Below are positions 1-12,667 of a stretch of 64,000 nt of DNA, one piece after another. This stretch comes from Zygnema circumcarinatum SAG 698-1b. Taxonomy: Eukaryota; Plantae; Zygnematophyceae. Position 1 is the first letter of the stretch, and the number at the start of each line of letters is the position of its first letter. The notes under the pieces are model-generated. The model ran no database searches, had not been told where the DNA came from, and was given only the letters and a program-made list of their open reading frames with translations. The DNA lies in the NCBI GenBank assembly GCA_037447605.1, contig CM074818.1, positions 2,368,617 through 2,432,616 of the forward strand, given 5' to 3'. The position numbers were made by a program, and so were the translations under genes.

Positions 1-310
1 ACGCTCCCTCCTCCCCCTTCACACCCCATCTTGGAAAGTAAACATCATAAGAATTACATAGGCAGAAAGTTTTAACCTGTCGGTCTGCTTCTCTCCCTCC
101 CCCTCCCGTCTCCCCCCCTTCCTTCTATGGGGAAATGATGGAACTGATGACTCTAGATAATCATCAAAATCATCCATCCTAAGAAACGCGCGTTTTGTTT
201 GTTTTTGAATGGGAAGGGAAAGGAAAGTTCGCAGATGCAGGGACATGGTAAGAAATTCTTCTGAGATTTGCTTTCTTATTCCTGTCTGTTTCTTTTTGGG
301 GCCGAATCAG

Positions 311-1092
311 ACAGCGGTGGCGATATTTGTTTTGGGGGTGCTAAGCATTTGGATAAACTATGACGCGGACCGACAGCGACAACACTTTCGCTTGACGAAC
401 GGAAAATGTCTTGTTTGGGGGAGGCCGGCAGTCAAGGTAGCCTTGACTTGACCTGACTTGACTTGACTCGATTCGACTTGACTTGAGGCAACTCAGCTCG
501 GCTGGAGTTTACTTGACTTGACTTGACTTGATTTGGCTTGACTTGACTTGACCTGACTTGGCTGCGCTTGACTTAAGTCGACTCGACTTGACCAGACTTA
601 CACTTGGCTCAATCTTTTTTTTTTCGTTTTTTTTTAACGAACAAGTCAGGCAAATTTATTCCTCTGCTTTGGATAGCAGGTGCCCGACTGATGATGATTG
701 GGCAATAAGTTTTGGTACTTGGGAGAAATAATTGCAGATTGAGGCCCGATATGTCACTGAAAAGGGAGAAAAGAAGGAGAGCCTTCTGCTCGCATCGGGA
801 TGGTATGATGAAGGACCACTTTTGGCAAATTTATCTTTAAGAATTCTTGTTTTTTCGGCTTTTCGTCCTCTAGCTGGATTGTTCTCTCTCCTTTCTATAC
901 TTTTGCGTTCTTTGCCATGTCTTTGCACCTTATCTTTCTCTCTCTCTCTCTCTCTCCACCTCTCTCTTCTCTATTCCCTCTCTATCTCACCCCCTCTCTC
1001 TCCTCTATTCCCCCTCTGTCCCTGCCCTCCCCCTCCTCCCCCCCCCCCTCTCCTCCCNNNNNNNNNNCTCTCTCTCTCTCTCTCTCTCTCTC

Positions 1093-1145
<53 letters not shown>

Positions 1146-1787
1146 GACACGCGCAGTATCCATTCTGAGTTCGCAATTGGATGCAGGTGGGGCCTTTCAC
1201 GTCACTTTCACTACGTTCCGGAAATTTTGGCGTCCTTTTTTTGGACGCTGCCCGGGCTCTTCGAAAATGTGAGGATCAAACCTCGTTGCTGCGCTGTGAT
1301 TGGTCCACGCATTGGCCGCTCCAATCAAAGTTGATGGCAGACTCACGCTGTGATTGTCCGATAGATGCATCTTTACATTTTGACCACTTTTTATTCAGTG
1401 CTGAAAGCATTTGCTGTTGTGCCTCTTTTTTCATGTTTGACCTTTTCAGGGCCTCCAATATTTCTACGTGTTTTACCTCACAATTCTATTGTTGGACCGC
1501 GCGATTCGTGATGACGAACGCTGCCGCAAAAAGTACGTCTTAAAAAACCAAAGTTTGACCAAACCAAACTTTGAACAAACCAAAGTTCCTCTGTCAAACA
1601 CTGCGAGTAAAAATTCTGCAGTCGTTCTGTTTGTTGCTGGTTTTGCAACTTCTGTCAATTATAGCTTCGTATTTCGATCGTCTTTTAAGGGGTGTGAACG
1701 GGTGGGGCTGGTGTGAACAGGTACCAAAAATATTGGGATATGTACTGTGAAAAGGTTCCGTACAAGGTCATCCCTTACGTATTCTAA
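311..1787 (+). CDS. DWF5: 7-dehydrocholesterol (sterol delta-7) reductase, ERG4/ERG24 family; 3' part only, 5' exons lie before the window
   Basis: Exons 311-436, 738-802, 1187-1268, 1450-1532 and 1721-1787 have GT-AG ends and join in frame: ...IWINYDADRQRQHFRLTNGKCLVWGRPAVK|IEARYVTEKGEKKESLLLASGW|WGLSRHFHYVPEILASFFWTLPGLFEN|GLQYFYVFYLTILLLDRAIRDDERCRKK|YQKYWDMYCEKVPYKVIPYVF*. This matches the plant DWF5 C-terminus as I recall it. Confidence 0.95.
441..610. repeat. Degenerate pentamer tandem array (CTTGA)n in a DWF5 intron
   Basis: About 30 in-register 5-mers (cttga cttga cctga cttga cttga ctcga ttcga cttga...), starting just after the donor at 437. Confidence 0.9.
930..1145. repeat. Compound CT-rich / poly-C / (CT)n / (CA)n microsatellite in a DWF5 intron, with a 10-N gap at 1058-1067
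   Basis: Directly visible low-complexity tracts; (CA)n at about 1092-1143. Confidence 0.95.
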
Positions 1788-2189
1788 AAGAATAAATTCT
1801 GAACTCAACTGGGCTTGGTGATCAGCCCACCATTCTTTCTCTTTACTGGAAATGGAATACCGAAAGGGTGTGTTGCAATAGTTACACTTGTCCACTTTTT
1901 TATTAGCTTGTGGAGGTCCAAACCGAAAGCAGAAATCCTCTAGATCCGCCCCAAAGCCTCTAAGGACAAACCCCAGCTGTAGGGTTCAGGGCCCTGTGGG
2001 GTGTGAGCTAGGCCTCCCCCTTTGCAGGGAACAACCAGTAGTTGCTACTCTCAAAATTGCGCTCAGCTTGGACTCATATTCGCAGGCCTTCGTGGAAAGC
2101 CTTCGTCGAAATTGGAGGGAGAGAGGGAGGTCATGGATGCATTGCTCTCTGCTGTCAAATTTGAGTTCTCACAGAAGAAACTTTAGTGA

Positions 2190-2375
2190 TGGCAATGACT
2201 AGACTCGGCTAAACTAACTAAATGGCTTTGACTACAGACGTGGTTCTTTCAATAATGGCTTGGCTAGGAAATGGCTTGGCTAGTGACTCGAGTCTGTAAC
2301 GCTTGGGCAATAATGGTTAGCATATCGCATCGTATCGTGTCTGGTCGTACGTATCTTGTCGTACTGTACTGAACG
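2190..2375. repeat. Degenerate 5-bp-periodic tracts (GACTA/GGCTA type, then CGTAT/CGTAC type) upstream of the ASCH gene
   Basis: gacta gactc ggcta aacta... at 2195-2290 and catat cgcat cgtat cgtgt ctggt cgtac ... cgtac tgtac tgaac at 2321-2375. Confidence 0.6.
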
Positions 2376-2774
2376 TCTGAATTCGTATCGGCGTGAAATA
2401 CCATAGACTCGGCGTGGTTACCGTTCTGCTGCTGATGTGGCACACCGCTAGTCGACAATGGGGAACGTCAGCAGTCGCACGCACATGACGTGAGCACCGC
2501 AAAAATGTGCCGAAACAAGTCGTCCTATGAATCTCGGGCAGGTAGAATTATTTGGAGACCCAGTCTCCGTGGACTTCACGTAACTGGAAAATATTCAGCG
2601 GTCCAACAGCGTCTCTGTGTAGAAAGTGTTGAACTGTCGATTTCGTCCAAACTGGAGCAAGGAAACGGCGTACAAGGAGACACTAGTCTCCCGTCCATGG
2701 CTGTGCCTCGTTCAGGGCCATTTCTCTCTCCCTGTCTCTGTCACTCTCTCTCTGGCGCGGGCGGGCTCGCAGCC

Positions 2775-5318
2775 ATGGCGGAGATGTGCATGACGCTGCA
2801 CCAGCCATGGGCGTCGCTGTTGGTGCACGGCATCAAGCGCATTGAGGGCCGCTCCTGGCCCACGCAGCACCGCGGTCTGCTCGCCTTCCTACATGGCTTT
2901 TCTCGCATTTTTTCCTTATACGATCGGCATTGAACTCCGCATTTGGCGGGTGGTTTATCGTGGATATTATTGCGTTAGTTTTTTCATGTGATTTCTGGAC
3001 GTCTTTCATGCGATTCCAGCTGCTTCTATCATTGTGACACATTGTACTGTGCCTTGCTTCGCAGTTTTTTGCTTGGCAGTTTTTTGAATTTTTCTGGTTT
3101 CTCTATAGGTCAGGAGGAATGTGAAGATTTATTGAAAAGAATGAACAAAGGGAGTGACTTTGTTTGAAGGCTTGGTCCTACCGCAGGAAGACTGTGGATT
3201 CACGCGGCCGGAAAGGTTCCTGAAGCGTCTGTGGTGGAAGCCATGGAATGCTATTACCGCGACATCTACGAATATGAAGGGCTTACTGACATTCAATTTC
3301 CCGAGTTCTATCCAACTTCTGTTGTGCTTGGTGAGCTGCTTATCGCAAGGCATTCCGGAACTCCCGCAATTCCAATCTCTATCTCCTCCCTGTCTCTCTA
3401 TCTTCCCCTCTTTCTCGTTCTCTTGTGCTCTACCTTATTTTCTGTCCCCTTTTCTATTTTCAATTTGCAAGTGTGGGCATTTATGGAAGAATTTTACAGT
3501 CAATGCAGCTGTTGTGCAGTTCTTGATTAACTCAATTTGGCAATGTCAGAAAAAGTTCGATGGAGCTGTATTAGTATATATACTATATATATGCTGTATT
3601 GTATTTAGTAGTGACAACGCTCATAGTTTCCTTGTGAGAACTCCAGCATCTATGCTTGAAGACAGAATGGAAAGTCGATTTTGATGTCATCCCACAACCA
3701 GTTTTTTGCGGCCTTGTGATGCACGCTTGCAGGCCAGCTTACATTATACATGAATATAAAGTAGCTAATATGAAGTGTTCGATGCTGTAATGTGAGCAGG
3801 CTGCGTGGATGTGATCGAATGTCTGCCAATGGAGAAGGTGGTCTCATGGGATGCTCTGCCTGCCTCCGTACGCCCTCGAGTCCCGCCCCTTGCGGCATTG
3901 CAGCCTGCAGAAAGCTGCCCTCTCTTCCTGCATGAAGGCTGACTGCTGGAGCCCCTGCAGTAAGTTTGGCTTTTTTCTGTTTGTATGGAAGTCTTGGGGT
4001 TCCCCTACCGCCACATTGGGTGATAAGATGATGAATGTTTTGAGGTCTACTACAGTCATTCCAGCTTAACAATGATGCCGAATGTTTCTAGTCCGTCCCA
4101 CGAAACCCTCATTGGAAGTTGGTCTTGTCCTGAAGCTCGCAAGGAAGTGGGCTTTCTCAGTATCGAATGGAGGCACTGGCGAACTTCTGCTGGCTTTGTG
4201 AGAATCCACAAGTAGGTTTCCTCTTGCTGCACTACCAGTTGAGGCTTTGGGTTTGGTGGTTTTGACTTTCAAGTTTGGAAATGAACGTTGCAGAAACCGA
4301 GCTTGCTTGCATCATGGAGTTGGAGAGGACGTTCAAGTTTTATGAAGGGGAACTTTGGGCTCCTTTGGTTGCTCCATAGCTGTCAAAGGCGTGCTTGTAA
4401 AAGTATAGTTTTTTAGGTTTTGAATTAGGTTGGCTAGGCATTAGTCGAGGAGTTTATTTGCCTTTTCGTCTCCTCTCCCCCCCCCTTTCTCTCGCTCTCT
4501 CTCTCTCTCTCTCTCTGTCTGTCTCTCTCTGCTTCTTCGAAGCAGACTGAATGGTCGTGAAGCATGGCTGGTTGAGAATGCAGAGATTAGTGGTGCCTCG
4601 GGAAATGCGGGGCCACAAAGAAGTTTATTCACTTCCGAGAGAGGTACTTTTTTTCTTTTTCCTTTTTTCTTTTCGTTTGCTCCGGATCGTTCCTATATAT
4701 ACGATTTCCTATAACAACTACCCCCCACAACTTAATGAAGTTGATCGGGGAAGGGAGGGACAGATTGCCAACTCAGCCCCGCGAGCTCTAAAACCTGTAA
4801 CTCCTGTTTCCAGCTTCAAAGTCTCTCTCCCTGTTCCCTCTCATCCTCCCTCTGAGGCGCAGAATAGGCTACCACCCCTCCCTCCTGCCCTTGGGGCATC
4901 TATAGAGAGGGCGAGGGCTTGTATGGGAGGCTTCAGAAAGGCACCTTCCAGCCCAAGTAGCAGGGCTGGCAGAGCAAGTGAAAGCGGCTCAAACCTGGGA
5001 GTTCCTCCTTCAGCTCGTGGAATTTTGGGTCCTGGAGATCCTAAAAAGTTAGTGCAAGCCTCTAATAGGCGGGGCGGATATCGTGCGTTGAATGTAAATG
5101 CTCAAAGCTTCTTTCCACGTTCGAATTTAAAGTCGAACACTAGCGCTTCAGTTGTAGTGAAACCGGGTCTTTCCTCCTCAGTTGTGGAGAGCATAGAGGA
5201 GAGAGAGTGTGCAGGAGGAGGGAACGTTTTGGGGCAAGGTGATATTCTTTTTCCACGCCTTCTGCCAAGAGAAGTGGCTGTGGATGAGCAGCAGGGAGCT
5301 GCAAGCAGTTGGATGTAG
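2775..5318 (+). CDS. ASCH (ASC-1 homology, PUA-like RNA-binding) domain protein
   Basis: Exons 2775-2874, 3187-3330, 3800-3867, 4161-4211, 4584-4643 and 4764-~5318: MAEMCMTLHQPWASLLVHGIKRIEGRSWPTQHRG|RLWIHAAGKVPE...FPEFYPTSVVLG|CVDVIEC...|YRMEALANFCWLCENPQ|RLVVPREMRGHKEVYSLPRE|... The QPWASLL..GIKRIEGRSW and GRLWIHA motifs are diagnostic of ASCH. The 3' end is uncertain. Confidence 0.9.
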
Positions 5319-6978
5319 AGAAGGGGAGGAGAGAAGGCGGCTCTTGAAGGAGGCAAGGCCGTATTCTACACGATGATAGACCTTATCACGCTTTACCTCA
5401 ATAAAGTAAAGAATTAGCTTGATAAATGTGCCGCCTTTTCAACGCCGAATCCTATTCTTGAGATTGTACTGTACTTTAGGTGAATTGTATAAAGTAGAAT
5501 TGTGGTGCGGAAAGCACAGTGAAAGTGCAGTCTTGTCACGGACCTCAATGTCAAAGTTTGTGAATTCGTTGAATTGAATCACAAAGTTAGGACGTTCATC
5601 GCTTGATCATTTAGACTTTAAAAATGGATAAACATAAAATGGGGAAAGGCCCTCGAAGCTTTTAACGACATACTTCACTTTACCACGGAAAACTGGTTCC
5701 GGTCACATTTGATTCCATGCAAGCGACGGTTTGCTTTTGCTGCTGCGAATGTTTTGCCGTCAAACAGAAGTTGTCAATCGTAGGATTTCTCGTTCGTTTG
5801 AATACATCACATCAGAATTCGTACTGGTTTTTTAACAGGTCGATGTTTTTAAAGTACTCGTTCTAGTATGCAATTTAAGAAAGCTTTTCATTGCCATTAC
5901 CGATTGTTTTCTAAGAGAGTGGCATCCCCTGCCGTAATGTAACGTACATGGCCAAAGACAGAATGAAGAAAAATAAAAGTTTGTTTGGGGGGGGGGGGGA
6001 CCGCTCACAGATTGGCCTGTGCTGTGCCCTGAACTGGGAAGCAGGAGCTCCAAAGGACGCCGGTTTACCGGTTTGCCGTTTGCAGTTTATGGCCCAAAAC
6101 CTGCTCATTCAACGTCATGGAAATATAAAAAGCTAAGGATCCAACCACTCCCGTACTGCCACGTGTCATAAAAATAGTATTCCCGATTCCGTGTACGTGA
6201 CGGACTGTAATTGCACGGCTGAAGGGGCACATATTGTAATTTGAATGGAAACGGCAAAATTTGAGTTTCGCGGTCCTTTGATGGCGACAACGGACTGGGG
6301 CCGGTTTTGGCGTTGAGGGAGAGCGGGAGAGAGGAAGGAGGGGGAAGAGAGAGACTGAGAGGGACTGTGGGGAAGGGAGGGAGAGAGGGAGAAAGAGAGA
6401 GGGAGAGAGGGGGAGTGGTGGGTAGCCATGGGGTAAGGCCCTTTTCCATCCTCTGCTTTCTCTGTCCGGCAGATTTGGAGGCAATGTACTGCTTCAAGAT
6501 GCAAGCTGCCTGCACTGCAGATCGTGCATGTTGTAGATGATGAGATGCCATTAGTTAGTATCATATTATAATTGATTAAGAAGCGGAAAATGCTGATCCT
6601 ACGAATCCTACGAAACTGGAGGCAGAATTGCACCTGTCTCCTAAACCCAAATGCCCACCGATCCAAAACTCTCAAAGCTCAAAGACCCAATGCTTCAATT
6701 TCATTTCAACTCTCAAGCTCAGCTCAAGCTTGGCCTGTGCATTCAAATACTGTCTGATCGTATGAAACCTTCCTCCTAAAGCTGTGGTCGAATGTCGGTC
6801 GGTCGACCTGCAGGTCTCCGACTCCCGGTCGGCCTGGCAACTGCTTCCTACTATCGGAAAAAGAAACCGAGCTTTCAAACCCTTATTATGATGCTGCCCC
6901 ATATTGAGCAGCACTCTCTCCTCTTGCTGCCGTTGCATGCCGCGGCTGATCCCTGCAAGCAGGCGGCGCCGTCGTCCA

Positions 6979-9162
<2,184 letters not shown>

Positions 9163-10292
9163 GCAAATGAGCCGATGACCCTGGCGTTTACGCTGTAGGG
9201 AATTGCGCAAGCAATGTGATGTTATGTCATGCAGGTCCACCTTCAGGGCCTCTTCAGATTGAAGAGAACGATCACATGCTGGGTCGGTGAATTCTCTTTC
9301 ATTTTTATTAGTTTATTTGTCGCTTGTACGAGAGTTGAGAAAAAAAGAAAAGGGGGCGTTGGGGTGGTTTTTGTAGTCCAAATTGGGCATCTGTTCCGAG
9401 ATTAGCCTTTCTGTACTGATGAGAACGTGAGCATGAATTGCAACTTCTGCACTGGAGGCCGCTGAAAATGACAATGAGTCGCTTGATCTTTACGGATTTT
9501 CTGTAATCAAGTTGGACCATCGAGGCAGCTCGAGTAATTTACCATCCTTTAGAAGCAACGAGACACGAATTTTAATAGTAACAATAACCTCAAACGTAGC
9601 CAGTAACACCTTCCGGTCTCTGCCAGTGGTCACAATGTTACCGTCGGTGTTGATTTTTTCAGCGTCAACGGTAGGTGGTGTGGCCTTACCAAAGGAGTTA
9701 AATAAAATTATTTCTCGCTGAAAATTGGCAATAAAAAGTTTGAAAGGCCTCGTGGTAAAGGAGTTGGTGCAAGGCATACACGGTGTAGCGTTTCAACGCC
9801 CACCAAAAAAAAAGGTATTATGAAGTGATACCATTTTTTACGTCGCAGAGTCTTGAGATTTTTACATTTGCAGTTTTCGCGTTTGTTACGCACATCATTT
9901 CCCTTGGAGTCGTGTTGCAAGGAACGATACTGTGCAAAAGTGCGCAACAGCAGAGCGACATCTGCCACTGCTCCTCCGAGACATGCATCTGTCGACAAAG
10001 GACTGATCAATATCAGGGGGGAAACAAGACGCAGAATCAAAGTCAACCGGAAACTGTAAAGTATATATGTTCAACTGAATATTACAATGTATTTCTCATG
10101 ACCCAGGACACAATCTCCTGTCACCTTCACCGCCTTCGAAAAACCTGCAAATCAAATAGTGGTCGCCTACAGACCAGAGACACAAACCACCTGCTTGGCA
10201 CTGACGTTCGACCAGAGCAGCATTTATTCCACCAGTGTTCAACCACTTCACCCTCTGCACCCCCACACTCAGCTCCATCCGCCGCTTTGACC

Positions 10293-10968
10293 TTAAGAAG
10301 ACTGCGGTGATGCACATGAACCGCAGCACATCTCGAGGCAGCACTCACACGACTCGTAGCAGAGGAAGCAGCAACAGCAAGCGAACAGGCTGCGCAAGAA
10401 GTTCCAAGAGAAGGCATCAGTTAGCATTTAAGTAAACCCCTGCAAAGGATGATTGTCAGACGAAACTTTTTAGCATTGTTAGTCCTGCATACGAATTCAG
10501 TAGTATTGTCAACACACTCTTTCCCAGATACTGTGACAGATGTTCTCTTCGTGCAAATACGAAGAATCTACAGACAGAAGGATGATAAGTCCGACGAGAA
10601 AGAAGCCACTTGGCATTGTTCCATTCTAAAAATGCAGGCGACATGCATTAGGTAGTAGCTGCAAAACCAGGGATTCCTGCTGACGCTGCATTCTGAACGT
10701 GCAGACACGACTCGAAGATCCAAAAGTTAAGGTAACAAATTTAGGCGACAGAGACTCCACCATATTTGCAAGCAGATTTGATACTTTTCAACCATCAACC
10801 AAGCAAATAAATGCCTTTACTCCATCTTTACTACATGCCTGCACATGCTTTAAACGAGAAACGAGCATGCCCAGCTTACCATGCGTAAAGGCATCCATGA
10901 CTCTCTTGTCTTTCCTTCACCATCTCCCTTGGCTGCCGAGTGGTCTGCTGCACCATAGGAGCGTCCAT
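10293..10968 (-). CDS. CDT1-like (cadmium tolerance / CYSTM-type) cysteine-rich membrane peptide, 61 aa; not in the ORF track
   Basis: Exon 10968-10880 (donor GTAAGC) plus exon 10389-10293 (acceptor GCGCAG) give MDAPMVQQTTRQPREMVKERQESHGCLYAC|LFACCCCFLCYESCECCLEMCCGSCASPQSS*. This closely follows the grass CDT pattern as I recall it (..EEKGCLYAC.F...CCFCCYETCECCLD). Upstream UTR exons are likely up to ~11870, with TATAAA at 11901-11906 on the minus strand. Confidence 0.88.
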
Positions 10969-11849
10969 TGCTTACCTGCGCCACCAAGACCACAAGCAGC
11001 AGTTACTCAAGGTTTCGCAGTCATTTTATCATCACACGCCAAAACAACATTTCAGCAAAGAACGGCAAAGCCATTATATTCAGAAGACGTCATCAGCATA
11101 AGACAGACGGTAAGGAAGCTACATTCAAGAGACCCCCTCAAGTTTGTTACTTGCATACAGTGGCACATCGTAACTGGAACTGTCCGCAGCCAGACTTTGC
11201 TAAGGTCGAGAGGAGATTAAACAGAAGGAAGAAGGATCGAACAAACACATAAAGCACGTATATGCAGAATCAAAATAGAGCCTTTTCTACCGTTCCAGAG
11301 AATCCCAAACAATGGCCCCCGAAAGTCATGAAAAATCAACCAATTTTTTTAGCGCAAAACATGAAGCTTTCAACATTTCCGAACAGCACCGCAGGCATTT
11401 GAAAAGAGAGTTACTCTATTTGCTTAACATACCTGTCCTTTCGCTGGACCAAAACAACAAGACGGCATCTGAACCGAAAAGCGAAAAATACACTGAAAGT
11501 CGAGACAAACAAGCATTTGGAATACTTACAGGAAAGCTTACTCAGCCTTGAAACAGCCTTTCTCTCCGACAGCTGAACCCGCGCAGCTCAGCAGCAGCTC
11601 CAGAAAAAGTCTCAAAGAGATTCTGCCAAGAAGACGACCATGCAAGCAAGCAGAAATCCCTTCAGCGAGTCAGCCTCTCAGCAATACCTTCCAACAATTG
11701 TTTCCACCCCCCTTCCCCTCCCCCTCCCCCCCAAAAAAAAGCTCAAAATCCTGACGGCGGCCAATCCTTGACCTTGCAGGGCACTCACATTTCCGTGCAG
11801 AAATAACTACACGTAAAGACAACAATGACGGCGACGCGGAGACTCGATC

Positions 11850-12230
11850 CTGCGACTACCCACGGCCTGCCTTGTCCCCTCGCGGTCCCGCGGGTCTCCC
11901 TTTATAGTCCCGCGTCCCTCCCTCCCTCCCTCCCTCCGGTCCCCGCGGGGAATCTCCGCGATGCCCTCCCCCTCCCCCGGGGCCCGTCCGCGTGGCGCCC
12001 GAACACAGCAAGTGGCCGTCCGCGCCGGGACGCGTGGCGGCGAGGAAATGGGCACGGCCCGTCCGGCCAATGAGGGGGGCGGAGGACGAATCTGGACTGC
12101 GCGGAGGTGGCGCCACGTGGCGCGCGCACATGCGAACAAATCAGAAATCATTAGGGACCGCCCACGGGGGAGACCGGTGGAAGACCGGAACGGTTCCATG
12201 TCGCAATGGAGCGTGGCGTTGAGGTAGAAC
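11850..12230. promoter_or_regulatory. GC-rich promoter island, probably bidirectional
   Basis: High GC/CpG content, minus-strand TATAAA at 11901-11906, and CACGTG (G-box) at ~12114; lies immediately 5' of the CDT1-like transcript and of a candidate small gene on +. Confidence 0.55.
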
Positions 12231-12234
12231 TGGC

Positions 12235-12503
12235 ATGGAGACTGCCAGCGACGTCACATCTGCGTTCGCTGCCGTCACTCAAGCGGTCGCCGCCGTGAGG
12301 GACGATGCACTCTCACGATGGGCTTAAAAAAATAGGGGGCTCAATTTCCCCCCCCCCCCCCCTTTTTTTTCCTTTTTTGTGTGGCCTGACCACACAAATT
12401 TGTGTTCTGTTTGTTGGGTTTGTTCTGTATTCGTCGATGCAACACCCAGAGGTGGTCACAAGTTGTGAAGAACAAGCGTTCAAAGACTCCCTCCCTCGCT
12501 TGA
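12235..12503 (+). CDS. Candidate 37-aa two-exon microprotein of unknown function
   Basis: gcATGG start at 12235; exon 12235-12294, donor GTGAGG, intron with poly-C/poly-T, acceptor CCAG, exon 12450-12503: METASDVTSAFAAVTQAVAA|RWSQVVKNKRSKTPSLA*. No homology recognised. Confidence 0.3.
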
Positions 12504-12667
12504 GACCAAAACATAAGAACAGGGGGGCGTGAGGAACAACATGGCCAGCAAAAGGACAAACACAAACGGTGTTCATCAATGAACTAATTCTGAAAGCATC
12601 AGGGGCGGCTTCAAAACTAACCCTAAAAACCCTAAAAACCGAGAGCCCTCAAGCAAAGGTTTCAGGG

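Noticed and set aside
441-610. Repeat array considered as a possible CRISPR
   Set aside because: 5-bp units with no unique spacers, inside a eukaryotic intron, and no cas genes.
12615-12640. AACCCTAAA telomere-like / telo-box motifs (also near 7982, 26385, 58868)
   Set aside because: Only one or two copies each, scattered in introns or 3' regions; not an array and not consistently promoter-located.
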